Source: the human T2T-CHM13v2.0 reference genome, Homo sapiens. Taken from it: a stretch of DNA of 64,000 bases. Every line of letters begins with the position of its first letter. Positions within the stretch are counted from its first letter, which is position 1. The stretch lies in the NCBI RefSeq assembly GCF_009914755.1, contig NC_060925.1, one strand, 5' to 3'. Under the pieces are notes generated by a model. That model worked only from the letters and a program-made list of their open reading frames with translations, was not told the origin of the DNA and did not search any database. Position numbers and translations under genes: made by a program. Of the stretch, positions 28,020 through 42,029 are shown piece by piece.

Positions 28020-31000
28020 GTGAGTGGTTTGGAGAATGACTCTTAACCTCTTCAGCTTAACCCCTCCTCGGAGTTATCTGAAGGAGTTATCTCAGGAGGC
28101 TCTGCGCTTTGCATGACTTCGACATTATTTCTATTGGTTCATGCATACTTTGGCCCAGATAGATCCCAAGCTGGGGATGAAATAGAATCTGGCAGACAAG
28201 GGAAATGTTTAGATAATGTGGCCTCAGTTGTCTCAATACCCTCATTTGAGAGTATATAGTTTCCTTTTGTTGTCGACATTTGCAGGGTCAGGGCACTGCT
28301 GAATGGCTCTTTGAAATGAATCTTTGTTGGAGGGAGAACACTGCCATTCTTCCTTTGTTTCTCTTAGACTCCTAGGTGCTCCCTGGCAGGAGCTGGTGCT
28401 TTTCCAAAGCCCAATGCAGAAAGATAATTCCTTCAGTTATTAGAAAGCATTTTTTTTTTCACGTCACGCCCTGGAATCCCACAATATATCTGTATATACC
28501 ACTTACAACTAAAGGGCCCGCCTGCTTCTATAGGCTTGTTTTGTGGACGCTCTCACCCCAGGTGTAATTTCCCCAGTGGAGGAGCAGAGTAGCTCTCAAG
28601 TGTTGAGCACCTTGCCACCCATTTTATAACAACCTGCCGTATATGTGGAGATCTTTGGCATGTCCTCTTACTTTATACTAAGCTCCTTTTCCCCTACCTC
28701 TTTTTTCCCTAAATGTTTGCCCTCTGGGCAAAATGTACACTAACTTTTCCTAATTTTTGTTATGTCTTGTAATTGCAAGTAATCAAAGGAGGGATGGGGT
28801 CAAGCTGGGTGTGGAAAGCTTCGCTCCCCACCTCCACTATTACAGAGATGGGACAGGCCTTTCATCACATTCCCCCCGTTTTGATCTCTCTACTGTCCGT
28901 GAGTGCCTGAGCCCTGATAAAGGCATTTGGCATTGCTCTGATTATTAGCAGGCAAAACAGATCTTTAAAGGCCAGGAAACCATTTCCTCCTTTGTCTGAT
29001 TCTTCTGCTATGACCTCCAACTCATACTTATCTATTCCTTATCTCTGCATGGAAATCTTCTCTTGGGTTAGTGGCATATTCGCTCTCCTTTTTTTTTTCC
29101 TCCCCAGTAAGCCTTTATTTGGCAAAGATGGGGAGTTGGCCAGTGGAGACAGAGGGGGCAGGGAGAAGAAGAGCAATGAGAGTAAGCGGAAGGGACAATC
29201 CGATTCCGATGGAGACGAGGCAGGGTGTTCATCAGCCCTGTTAGCAAAGTAATCCTTTGATATCTGAAAAGTAAAAGAAGCGGGGTTTATCTGGCAAGCT
29301 TTTTATTCCTGCCGTCTGAACCCCATGCAAGAGAGTCACTATGAAGTACTGAACTGGAACAATGTTGGCCCAGCTAGAACTCTCCTTAGCAACCTTCAAA
29401 ATAAAACAGATGTTGTCAGCACCAAAAGAAGATTTTTCATCTCTGGAGCTGAATTTGTCTCACAGCTCTGATCCTTAGTGTATTGTATGGTGCTGTCAAA
29501 TCCCAGCACTGGCTCTCCGTACCCGCTCCCCCTTCAGCTTCTGAATCCCAACTCGAGGACTTTTTTTTTTTTAATTGAAAGTGCTGCTTGCACTCCAATT
29601 TGAGGCTTCTTTGAAGTACGTGTGCATTGATCCCAGCATACCCGGGGGGAGATGCAGGGACTGTCAGACAACAGGAGCGGAGCTCTAGGAGGAATGGGCT
29701 CCTTTAACTGGAAGGGATTTGTTGGTAGCTGTGTTCTCCAGAGAGTGAAAAGAAATAAAGAGACTAAATTGTGGAAAAGGCTCAGTTACTATCCAAAGGA
29801 TCCCGTCATTTGTTTTCCTTTGGAGTGCTACTACCATTGTGAAAGTCATCAGTGTGCTTTTCCTGACTGATGCTAACAGATACAGAACCTGCACCTTCCC
29901 TGCTGCTTTGCATGTAATAAGCACTCAATAAATATTAGCTGAACGGGTAAATAAACCAGTACCCACACATGGATTTTGTTAAAATATGTGCATAGGAAAG
30001 CTAGAATTGCTAAGAAAGCAGTAATGTTCAACTCCTAGGATATTCAGAGATATTTGCCCCTGAGTAAACCTAACGAAAGAGCGAGTAGTATGAAAAACAA
30101 TTACATTCTTTTTTTTTTCTTCCTCTTAAGACTTCTCCTCCTTCCCTGTGCCTATGACTCAGACCATTACAGCTGCTTGGACACTTGTCAGGAGCGGGTA
30201 GGGCATGAGCATAGCAGCAGACCCTTCTCAAAGACTTCCCCGCTGGACTCTGTCCAGAAGCCAGTGAGCCTGGCCTGACACTCCATGGTTGTCTCTAGAT
30301 ATGTAATGTGCATGTATATGCGTACGGATACCATACCACATACAACTTGGGACCAATATAAGGTAACCGAGAAGTGACCAAAAAAGATAGACAGACAACC
30401 TGACAAGCACTCTGTTGATATAGGTGGTCTTAGGTCATGTAACTCTGGAATGTTGTCACAGAAAAGTTTTCGAGAGAGTTGGTTTGCTACACAGGTAAAA
30501 TGCAAAACTCAGTTTTGCCACTTGACAGATTAAAATGAATAATTACCATTTATTGAGCATCTACTGTGTGCCAGGCACTGGACTAAGGACCTTATATGCA
30601 TTAAATGTTCAATGTGAAAATATTTTTGGCCTTGGGACTCAGCTTCATTCCTGAAACTCCAGAGCATAGTCCTAAGAGCTGGGTAGTTCTTGTCTTCATT
30701 TGCTTGGGGCTTGTGTACTGAGCTAGGTGAGGGGATTGAAGCTGATTGGGGTCTTCTAGAGTTCCACTGTGCTAAGCAGGAAGACGGGGCAATGACATGA
30801 ATGGGCCTGGCAAGTCCAGAGCACTTGCAGCCACTGAGAGGATCATGATAATGTTTTAGATGTTGAGAAAAAACCTCTTTTACTTAGAATGTATGTCCTA
30901 CTTTAAAGGGAAAGAAAAAAAAGATTTAAGTTGGCTTGCAAAATGAGGTACAGTTTAAAGCAGGAGACATAAAATCAAGATCAAAAGGGTAAAAGAAGAA

Positions 31001-31839
31001 TAGATATTGCAAGGTGGTTGGTATGAATTAGTTATTGAGCACTGAATTTGCCTCTGAAGTTCTGAAGAGTTGAGACAAAAAAAAAGATGTGATTATACAG
31101 TTCTCCTCTGAGGAAGGAAAACATTAACTCTTTCAGCAAGACAAACTTTCTCTTGGCATTGAATTTATCATGTGCTTTTTCATTTTGGGGCATTGGAAAA
31201 GATAATAGACAGGGCTTTCAACTGTTCTTTTACAAAAGGCCCTAAATGATGGTTTAAATGGATGTTTCTTATATCCACCCTCTATAAAAGCTGAGGACAT
31301 AAATCTTAAGTGTGTGAAGGGTTTCTGTAAGAAGCTCAATTACTATGGGGGACAAATGATGCTTTGTGTTGATCCAATTTAGTATATGTCTAAAACAGAG
31401 AACCTAGCAGAATGGCTAGTTAATCTGCACATTAAGCCATCTCCTTCTGCTATCAGATGTCTTAAATGAGCCTTTGGCAAGAGTTGGATACTAATCAGTT
31501 CATGGTTGAACTCTGCCCGAAGTACCAGACTTCTGTGGCGTTAATTGGAAGGGGTTCCACAGGCTTTGGATATAAGAGCTGGAGGAGGCAGAGTTGAGTT
31601 CTGCTGTTCAGTCTTAAGAACCTGATTTGCATTCTTCCCCACTGAAGGACTGGCCCCTCTTCAGCAGTGTGCCAGCAAGGAAGGTAATTATTTTATTTAA
31701 AAGAGCTGTTAATCTGCTAAGTACTTGGTAGAAACTTTAGAGTTCTGGGCCATTTATAGGCGATAAGATTTAGACCTGTAGGTTTTTTAAGGATAACTAA
31801 TATCAGCTGTCTGTCCAAGATTATTCTGGAAGGCAGAAG

Positions 31840-32030
31840 TGCACGTGGCCAAGTGTTGGAGTCAGGAGACATGTGTTAGTCCTCCTTCTAGGTATGTTGC
31901 CTCGGGTGTGTCGATGAACATTTCCAAGTAAGTTTTGGTTTCCTGGTTTAATATGATAATGCATATAAAGTGCTTAGTACAGTGCCTGGGTCTTAAATGC
32001 TCACTGCATTTTCTTGGTGGTGGCGATGAT
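31840..32030 (+). mobile_element. MIR SINE, degenerate
   Basis: tggagtcaggagac...gataatgcatataaagtgcttagtacagtgcctgg. Confidence 0.65.
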
Positions 32031-32191
32031 GATTTGTTAGTGTTTGAGGGTCTTCCCCACCAAGTTCTTAACCAATTAAGACCTAAGAGTTTGTCTTAGG
32101 GCATGGAGGAGCCCAGCATAGAGGAATTAGGAACATGTGTGTCCTAAAAGCAGCTGCTCCTAAGAGGAGCTAGAGAAAGGGGTTGAGCTGA

Positions 32192-32664
<473 letters not shown>

Positions 32665-35544
32665 TGAAATGGCTAGTGCTCCATCCATCCTCATAATGGT
32701 TCTGCCACAGTAAGGTAATGAGTCTCCCCTCCCACCCCCTCCCAACAACAATAGCTCCTTATTTGTAGCCTTCACTCATTAAATGTCGGTGAATATTTAA
32801 TTGTTATACAAATGGTGATCGTGGTGTCATTTTGACGATTGGTCAATATGCTCAGCTGCCTCTAAAGTACCTACCCAATTCAAAATAATAAAACCCTGTC
32901 ATCAGCACAGGCTGAGTACTCCTTCTGTTTCTTCTAACTGGTGCATGCAGCCATTCATGTAATTAGCTGTGCCAAGTTAACTAAGTTTCAGAGGGGGTAT
33001 TAGAACATGGTCCTATTGTACACAGTTCAGGATTAGTGCTTCAGCTGTTGTCATCACTCTTGTCTTCCGGGACGTAGCAGGCTTTGAGAAAGATTAATAA
33101 CCTTGGTGTGTAAGGAGGTTGCACAATTTGATCATAGTAGGAGCCAGGCCACGGAGCCAAAGCCTGTCCTATAATTCTGCTCTCACACACTCTGCAAGGC
33201 CTTAGTCTTCTAACTTAGCTCCTCTAACTTTTGCTTTTTGTTTGTTTTTCATTTGGAAATGTACATGAAAATAGTACCAATCTTACAAGGTTGTTATGGA
33301 GATTAATTGAAAATGCAAGGAAAGTATATAGTGTGGTGCCTGGCATATGGAAAGCCCTTGATAAATGCTCGTTGTTTAGCATTATTATTGTAAAATGGGG
33401 ATAATAATACCTTCCTTACAAAATTGTCATGAGAGTAAAAGGAGGTATTTTGTATGAAAATCTCTAGATCAGTCTCCTGCACATAGTAGGCCCACAATAC
33501 TTGTTTTTACAAATTAGCCAGTGATTCTGAAGGCTTTTTATTGTTTTGAAAGTTGTGACAAAGGAGTCTAATGAGCCATTATTTTTAAAGCCTTTCTTTA
33601 GGGGAGGGTCACTCTTTTGGAGTCTGTGCATAGCTTGGGAGATGGTGTGGACATGAGCAGACACCTTCCTGGCATCCAGATTAGGGAGCAGATCCCTGCT
33701 TCTCAGAACGTTAGTGATGCTGCACTTGGACTGGCCTCAGTATTCTGTGAGAGGGCTTACAGTGTGTGTTGTTGTTTGTTTTTAACTTTTAAAAATAGAA
33801 ATTTACAAATATTCACAGTTGAAGAAATAACCACCAACTTCAACAATAATCAATATTTTGCTGATCTTATTTTATCTCTCTTCCCTATTCCAGACACCAG
33901 ACACACACAGACACACACACACAAAAACACACACTTTTTTCTTCTAGAAGAGTATAAAGTATATCCCAGACATCATGTCATTTTACTGTTAAACACTTTA
34001 GTATGCATCTTTAATGATAAGCAGTTTTTAAACATAACCACCATTGCATTCTTAGCTGATTTCTTGATGAGATCAAGCAGAATGTAGCAGTAATCAGTGG
34101 TGAAATGCCTGTGCCCAAAATGAGCATTTTAATGCAAAATATTAAATTTAGTTCAATTCAGCCAGTATGTTAGTATTTTTTATGTACAAGGCACTGCATG
34201 CACAGCACGTACAGAGAATCAAGGTGGCAGTCCCTGGCCCTGGGAAGAGTCCTGTGGAAAGCCCATAAGACATACATACGAATAACCAAAGTTCAAGGCA
34301 GGATTCACATAAAACCCTTAGAGAGCAGGGAGCTTGGCAGGTGGTGGGATTTGTTGAATACGAAATAGGAGTGTGACATGTGAGTTCAAAGGAGGCATTC
34401 TCCGTTGAGTAGGAGAGGATACACAGAAGAGGTATGTGCATGACAGGCCTTGAAGAAGGGCACAATCTCTGCAAACCATTTTTAAAATTGTAAAACAATG
34501 TTAAAGGACAATCTCTGTCCATGCACCAAAACAAAAACGAAATCAGAACCTGCTCCTACTCCTACCATTCTGACATGGTGGAATCATATCTTCTCCAGGA
34601 GTGTAAGTCTAAAGTTGAGCTACAAGGCTGGTGGATAGCTCAAATGAACCTGCCCCTCGTAAGTTCACAAGCCAAGAATCCACTTATTTTTGTTTGCCTT
34701 TGCATTAAAACTGAGGCCTCCTTTTCTGAGGCCTAAGGTTAGTTTTAAGAGAAAATGAAGAGACCAACTGTTGAGGTCAATGAAGAGATTTTTCTTTCCT
34801 TCCAAGCTGGAATTCCTATAGCTAGATGCACACATTGTGCAAGTCCCCCGTACTCTCATTCCGCTGTGTTTGGGTATGTAGGATTCAAACAGATTGATTT
34901 CAGGGTGGAGAATGGAGTAGAATGAAAGAATCTCTTCAGTCATTATTTAAACTACTTATCGAGCAGGTGGCCCAGGTGCTGAGGCAGACAGAGCAGCAGG
35001 AAGGAAGGCGGAGCATAGGAGTAGCTAGGGAATGGTGAGAGGTGCCATCTGAGTGGAGTTGAGAAGGCAGTGGGTGCTGCGGCTGGGTGCACGCAGTGGA
35101 GGGCCTCGAATGCCAGGCTGGGGAGCATTTTCTTAACTCAGTAGGTGAGGGAAGAAGCCATGGGAGGTTTATGGAGCAGATGCCCAAGCAGTCATGTCAG
35201 TCATGTCAAGTGGCAATGGGAGGTTGTTATTATAGTCTTGGCTAGAGGGAGTGAGGGCCAGGGTGAAGGTGTTCTTCATGAGGTTTTCACTTCTATTTGC
35301 AAATATTCATAAAGTGTCTACTCTGCATCAGGCCTGAGAACAAAGAAATGGAAGAGACACTGAGGAGGTAGAATGTGCGAGACTTAGGAACCCTCAGAGT
35401 GGAGAGGTGGAAGGGAAGGGAGAGCGTTGAAGATGGCACACCTTTGACACTGAGTGACCTTGAGAGTGAGTGGCGGGAATGTGGTAGCAGGAGTGGTTGA
35501 AAAGTTTGGAGGTGGGGCTGGCTGTGTTTGGAACAAGGTTTTAA

Positions 35545-35579
<35 letters not shown>

Positions 35580-35631
35580 GCTGGCTCGCTGTGTGTGTGT
35601 GTGTGTGTGTGTGTTTGTGTTTGTGTGTTTG
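35545..35631. repeat. Compound microsatellite (CT)n...(GT)n
   Basis: About 17 CT units (one interruption), a short spacer, then about 12 perfect GT units and a degenerate tail. Confidence 0.95.
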
Positions 35632-35924
35632 CAGAGGCAGATGTGGAGTGAGGTGAATTCGGTTGTGAGCGTGCTGTAGTAAAGACGCCATGGATGCTCA
35701 GTTAGAATGCCCAGACCTCAGCTCAGGCCAGTGTTTGGGTCTGGAGGCTAAGGAAGAGCTGGGTTTTCATGTCTGGGGGAGTGAGCTTTGGGGTGTGAGC
35801 AGGCCAGGGAGTGGGAGGAGAGAGAGAGCTGCCCAGGTGATTGGCACAGGAGCTAGTTTTGACCACCTTTTCTGTGTGTTCTGTGATCTGACCACTAATA
35901 GGTCAGTCAAGTCACTCCAACATG

Positions 35925-36513
35925 TTTTTTTAATTGACAGATTAAAATTATATATGTTTATGGTGTACCACATGGTGTTTTGAAATATGTATACATTGTT
36001 GAATGGCTAAATCAAGCTAATTAACATATCCATTACCTCACATACCTATAATTTTTTGTGCTGAGAATGTCGAAGATCTGTTCTCTTAGCAGTTTCCAAG
36101 TATACAATACATGGTTATTAACTATAGTCACAATGTTGTACAATAGATTTCTGGAACTTATTCCTCCAGTCTAACTGAAATTTTGCGTCCTTTGCCTAGC
36201 ATTCTCCCCTCTCCATCCCCCAGCCTCTGGTAATCACCACTTTACTCTCTGTTTCTATGAGCTCAGCTTTTTGACCTCCCACATGCGAGTGACATTATGT
36301 GGTATTTGTCTTTCTGTGCCTGGCTTATTTCACTTAACACTGTCCTCCAGGTTCATCTGTGTTGTCGCAAATGGCAGGATTTTGTTCTTTTTTTTTTATG
36401 GCTGAATAGTAGTCTATTGTGTATATATACCATATTTTTTTAATCCATTCATCTGTTGATGGACACGGGTTGATTCCATATCTTGGCCCTTGTGAATAAT
36501 GCTGCAATGAACA
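35925..36513 (-). mobile_element. L1MA-type LINE 3' end
   Basis: gaatggctaaatcaagctaattaacatatccattacctcacata...; minus-strand peptide CPSTDEWIKKIWYIYT is the L1 ORF2 C-terminus. Confidence 0.88.
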
Positions 36514-37039
36514 TCTACCATCTTTCATCATAATTTTGACAGCCTTTGAAAAGGTGCCACTCTGAAAGAATCTGCACGGAGGTGGAAGTAAACCATTAAG
36601 GATCAAAGGGTCTGTCACCTGTGAGGAGACAGAAGAGGAGTCCCCACAGGCAACTTCATGGTGTTTTGGATCACACTGGTCAGTCAGGCTGAGGCGAGGG
36701 CCTGCAGGGAGCTGTCTTCTGGGTCACATTCCCTGTGGCAGTAACTTAGTGTCATGGCAGCACTGCACTCAGCGTTCCTAAAAATCATGTGTCAGTCAGT
36801 GGAACTTAGAAAATATGAAGTTTAGAAGACAGTAGGTTTGGTTCATCTGTGAGCTAAGGATGCACTTGAAAGGTGGTAGAAGACAGGGCTCCGTTCCCAT
36901 CTGCCACTTTTGAACTGTGTGGCCAAGTCACTAACTTCTTTAAAGCTCTCCCCTCAGAAATGGGAACTGTGAATAATGATCACAAATATATACACGTGTA
37001 TGTGTATATGAATATGTGTGTACCTGCATACACACACAC

Positions 37040-37250
37040 ACCAGGCACCAGTCTAGGCATTTTAAGTACAGTATATTTTAACTCTTAACCCTCACAATAA
37101 CATTATGAGCTAGTTACTGTCATCCCCATTTGTATGGGTGAGGCACCAGAGATCTGAGTAATCTACCCAAGGTCAATAGCAAGTAAGTGGCAGAACCAGG
37201 ATTTGAACACAGTCTGGCTCCAGACATCAGCTCCTCACCACTGTTCTCTG
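37040..37250 (-). mobile_element. MIR SINE
   Basis: taaccctcacaataac...catccccattt...cccaaggtca...gtaagtggcagaaccaggatttgaac. Confidence 0.8.
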
Positions 37251-38129
37251 CTGCCTCACAGTTTGCTGTTCAGGGTTATGGTTCTCCAGTCCCCACACAG
37301 TCTCATGCCACACAGGAAGGGTCTTATGTGTTGTGCTTGAAATGGACTTGAGGCTCCATGTAAGAGCCACTGCTGGCTGCTGCCTACAGATAGTTGATGC
37401 TCAGTGTTCTGGGGCAGTCTTACCCTATGCACAGCTGGTGCAAATCTGCCCTTTCCACATGAGATGGACTTAGTTGTCCTGCTCTGCACCCACATTGCTG
37501 CATCCTGAATTCGACATGAAAGTTTAGATGTGGAGTAATTTGAGCATTCCTTATCTTTTGCATATGATGGTGTAAACACAGTTGGGTGGTGTGTGTCCTT
37601 CAGTCAGTTTTTGCTAGGGTGATGTGTGGTGTGGTGTATTAGCACCATGCTCAGGTTCAGGACATCCCCTAGCAGTGTGACAGCATATGAGCCTGTAAAA
37701 TGAGCAGTCAGAATGGCCAGTGGATTCCTCTCTAGCCCTGGCAGTCCCACAGCCTGTGGATTTCTCTATGGTGTCCACATCACAGTACGATGTACTCCCA
37801 TGGATGGGCACAAGCAATTAAATACTTGTGAAGATGACATTTGAGGAATTAGGATTTTGAGTTCTTTGCATTTTCTGGTCCACTGAATCATTCTTGGAGA
37901 AATCATGATGTTATAAATTCCATTAGAAGTGTAAATCACAAGAAAAGTTCCTTGACCTCAGCAGTTTGTAATCTGTATGTCATAAATGAAAACAATGTTA
38001 AATAAAACCAAACTTTGATCAAGGTGATGCAGATAAAGATAATGTTGATAAATGGAGAGTTCTGTTTAGGTAGTATTATTTTTCTCCCAGAAGGCAAAGT
38101 GCTATGGAAGAAAAACGTAGCCCTTTATA

Positions 38130-38430
38130 GGCCGGGTGCGGTGGCTCGTTCCTGTAATCCCAGCACTTTGGGAGGCTGAGGTGGGCAGATCACTTGAGGT
38201 CAGGAGTTTGAGACCAGCCTGTCCAACATGGCAAAACCCTGTCTCTACTAAAAAAATGCAAAAATGAGCTGGGTGTGGTGGTATGTTCCTGAATTCCCAG
38301 CTATTTGGTTGGCTGAAGCATGAGAAACGCTGGAACCTGGGAGGCAGTTGCAGTGAACTGAGATCGCGCCACTGCACTCCACTTGGGGACAGTAAGACTG
38401 TCCAAAAAAAAAACAAAAGAAGAAGAAGAA
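38130..38430 (+). mobile_element. AluSx/Sz-like SINE with (GAA)n tail
   Basis: ggccgggtgcggtggctc...gatcacttgaggtcaggagttt; TSD agaaaaacgtagccctttata / agaaaaatgtagccttttcta. Confidence 0.95.
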
Positions 38431-39680
38431 GAAAAATGTAGCCTTTTCTAAAAGCCTGAACATTCAGGCAGTAAACATTTACTGAGTGCCTACTGCATAA
38501 AAGGCAGTGTATTTGGAGCTTGAGGATGAGACTATAAGCAAAGAGTCATTGTGGAGTGGGCTAACTGGCATACAAAAGTGCATAGATGGCTTATGGGAGC
38601 ACAGAGTATATCCCTTCTGGGGACCCAGGACCAGGTGACATTGAAGAATAAGTGGAAGTTTGTAGTGCATCTCACATCATCACAGTGGCGTGAGACTGTG
38701 TGGAGACTGGAGAACCTCGAGTAATCAGGTGTAGAGGAGCTGGGGGAAAGGAGAGGAAGCCACAAGAGGATTCCAACATCAGCTCCTTGGCAGGTATGGA
38801 GGAAGCCTTGGGGCAAAGGAGGACAGAACCATGGAGGTGCAGAAATGGATTAAATTGATGCAGTGAACCCCAGAGGAAGGAGGGGTTTTTCTCCCAGTGG
38901 AAACAGGACCGTGGCAGAGGCAAGGGGATGCTAGGAGAATGCTGGCTTCCCTCCCACCCTTCTCTGCAGGGACATGGGGTGCTCACTAGGGCAAGATTCA
39001 CAGTGACACAGGTGAGTTACATGTGGCAGTAGCGAGAATGTCTGTGGGAGAGTTTGAGGATGGGAGTGCTTATTGACCACTGAACACAGATTCCGCAGAA
39101 AAAGTCAGAGGAACGGTAAAGTGAGGACAGAAATATGTAGGGGGAATGATGACCTGAGGGCCTTGCATTTAGGGCATGGCCAAGGATGACAGGAAGCTGA
39201 GCCACTGTGCCACTGATGGGCCTCGAGTTCTGGAATTTACTGTTGGGTGGGGTTTTCCGATACTGTTCCAGTGGGGGTGTTGGAGGTCTGTGGGCTTACT
39301 TGGCATTCCAGAGCAATCTTGGTAGGGGGTGGACACTGAGCTTCTTAAGAGATTCTTCTCAGAAGACCTTAACCTCTTGGGGAAACTGACAGCAGACCCC
39401 AGTGCCATGGAAGGATCAAGATTCTGGCCGAGGACATTGGGCTTCTGTTCTTGGGAGGTTTTCTTGGGGTGGGAGGTATGAGAAGCGGTGTTTTACAAGT
39501 TTTGCAAAAACACTGTTCTAGGATCCTATCCAATGCAACGACTGATTTCTGTCTCTCTAGTCCGGCAGGAGAAGCATTTAATTGTTAAAACAAGAGCAGT
39601 CCTTGTCTCATTCCTTTTGTTAATTCTTGCCATGTTACTCTAATTATTTTCCTATCCTGGCCTTTCTGTCTCTCGTTCAG

Positions 39681-40106
39681 AACCAGACTACCAGGTGTAC
39701 CTGAATGCTTCCAAGGTCCCCGGGTTTGCGGATGACCCCACAGAGCTGGCATGCCGGGTGGTGGACACGAAGAGTGGGGAGGCGAATGTCCGATTCACGG
39801 TTTCGTGGTACTACAGGATGAACCGGCGCAGCGACAATGTGGTGACCAGCGAGCTGCTTGCAGTCATGGACGGGGACTGGACGCTAAAATATGGAGAGAG
39901 GAGCAAGCAGCGGGCCCAGGATGGAGACTTTATTTTTTCTAAGGAACATACAGACACGTTCAATTTCCGGATCCAAAGGACTACAGAGGAAGACAGAGGC
40001 AATTATTACTGTGTTGTGTCTGCCTGGACCAAACAGCGGAACAACAGCTGGGTGAAAAGCAAGGATGTCTTCTCCAAGCCTGTTAACATATTTTGGGCAT
40101 TAGAAG
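39681..40106 (+). CDS. PTGFRN: PTGFRN exon 5: Ig-V domain 4 ((E)PDYQVYLNASK...NIFWALE)
   Basis: Acceptor tctctcgttcag| at 39680, donor |gtagga at 40107; 426 nt; LAC...W...DRGNYYC. Confidence 0.97.
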
Positions 40107-40749
40107 GTAGGAACTTTTTTCTTGTTATTCATTTTTGTTTTGTCTTTGCTTAAGTCGTGCCGCTGTGTGTTGATGCACAGTCACCCTCTGCAGGTTATCA
40201 CTTACACTAGGAATGTGTGTCCTGGACATTGATCGCCATGCGACCCGTTGCACATGCTCTTTGGACTCACTATCACCCCTCCTCTGTCCCCAAGCCCCAG
40301 AGAGGTCCCTCTCCAACTCACTGTCAATCAGCCAAGTCTCTTGTTTCCTGAACTTTACCTCTGAATGTTTCTTTTCTCTTTCTTGCATTAAACATGGTGA
40401 CTCTGAGGACACTCTTTCCCCTGGAGAAACCGTTACCTCTCTGAGGACAGTTTCCCCCAGAGCCCAACTAAGTGATGCCCATTTTCTTCCCACACTTCTC
40501 ATAACTGGGCCTAGAGGTGTGGGGCAGGTGCCCTTCTTGATCCTCCCTGCAGCTTCCAGGTCGTTTTCGCTCACTCCTAAAAATATCTAGCTTCGAATCT
40601 CGTGTCATCATCACACCATACCACCTCTTCTTGTTACTATTGCCTGTTGCCTCCTAGGTCCTCCGTTCATTCTTTGAAGATGTTAGCGTTTGTTTCACGG
40701 CCACTCTGTCTGACACTGCTCCCATCTTGCTAACTTCAGTATCTGTGTA

Positions 40750-40996
40750 GAGCACTGGGTCACAATTGGAAGCCCCCTAGGAACTTAAAAAAAATGCTGG
40801 TGCTTTGTCCCACCAGAAATTCTCCCATCCAGATACTAACCAGGCCTGACCCTGCTTAGCTTCCAAGATCAGACGAGATCAGGCGGGTTCCACCAGAAAT
40901 TCTATTTTAGTTGGTCTGAAGTATATGCATTCTGGGCACTGGAATTTTTAAATGCTCCCACAGTGATTTTCATGTGCAGCCAAGGTGGCGAACTCT
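40750..40996. mobile_element. MER5B-like hAT DNA transposon, host of the 5S insertion
   Basis: cccaccagaaattctattttagttggtctg...ttttaaatgctccc...gtgattttcatgtgcagccaagg. Confidence 0.7.
40821..40890 (-). pseudogene. 5S rRNA retropseudogene fragment (about nt 21-90), tailless
   Basis: Reverse complement gaacccgcctgatctcgtctgatcttggaagctaagcagggtcaggcctggttagtatctggatgggaga matches 5S rRNA with about 6 mismatches; flanked by 14-bp direct repeat ccaccagaaattct. Confidence 0.95.
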
Positions 40997-41303
40997 AATA
41001 CAGTTAATCCTGTCATTCTTAGTTGCTTGTCCTCCTCTCTGTAGTCATCATGTCCTCTATCCTATTTGGTCCTACACTTACATGCTTATATGCTACATTA
41101 GACCGTCTCCCTTCTGATAACTGAAACTCCTCCACAGTCTCAATTTCAAGCATCCTGTTCTCTAAACATATCTCCTGTCTTTCTGTACCGCTCCGTCTAG
41201 TACTCCAGCAACAATCCCCCAACCTTACTGGGGCCAACAATCTGTTAATCCTACCACCTGACATCGTCCTTCACTGCCATTGTGTCTTCACGTCTCTCTC
41301 ACT

Positions 41304-41416
41304 AGGGTGCCCATTTGTAGTCCAGCGTACACCTGGAATGGTGTACATTATGATAGCACCTTCTTTCATTCTCAGAGCTAAGGCTGGGAGGTAGGGGTAA
41401 GTTATGTGGTCACCTA
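41304..41416 (-). mobile_element. MER94-like hAT-Blackjack MITE
   Basis: Inverted ends agggtgcccat...atgtggtcacct; internal tagcaccttctttcattctca. Confidence 0.6.
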
Positions 41417-42029
41417 CTATTACCTAGCCTAAATTCCCAGTCAGTTTTAATCACTCCCTTGCATACACCCCTAGCTTCCTTCCCCTCTCGGTTTGCATTA
41501 GACTGTGGCCAAACCACAACCCAGTTCAAAGGCAGCTTTCTGCAGCCTCCCTACCTGTGCCCACAGAGCTAATGTGGTTGGAGAGAAACATTCAAACATG
41601 TTGACTGGTCTCCCTTTAAAGTAGTGGTCACTTGTGACAAGTGGGCTCTTGGCACTGCGTGGGAATTATTCTGCATTTCCTTAGTCTGTTTATTTCCCCA
41701 CTCTCCTAAGTGATTACTGCATACCACCTTCTGTCTCTGCAAACCTCCTCCCACAGCTTCTCTCTCAGCTGTTGGCCCTGCTTCCTATTCTCCTAAAAGT
41801 AGAAATAATCAGGAGAATTCCCATTCACGCTGCCCCAGGGCTGAGACCAGGTCACGTGGCATATGTCCTGGCAGAGGCCAGCCCCTCTCACTACTTAGAC
41901 CATGGCTGCTCTCTCTTATGTCTTTGGTAATTCTCTCCCTTCTGGACCTTTCCTATTGGTCTGTCAATGTGCTGTTAGATCCAGGTTTCCTTGGGTTTTT
42001 TTAGAGGGGGTGGGGAGTGAGGGTTGTGG

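Noticed and set aside
33617-35691. Several 128-156 aa ORFs in intron 4
   Set aside because: Overlap L1/L2 relics and microsatellites (THTH, RERE runs); no splice or domain support
40821-40890. Functional 5S rRNA gene
   Set aside because: Only about 70 of 120 nt, mutated at CpGs, box C truncated, flanked by a TSD
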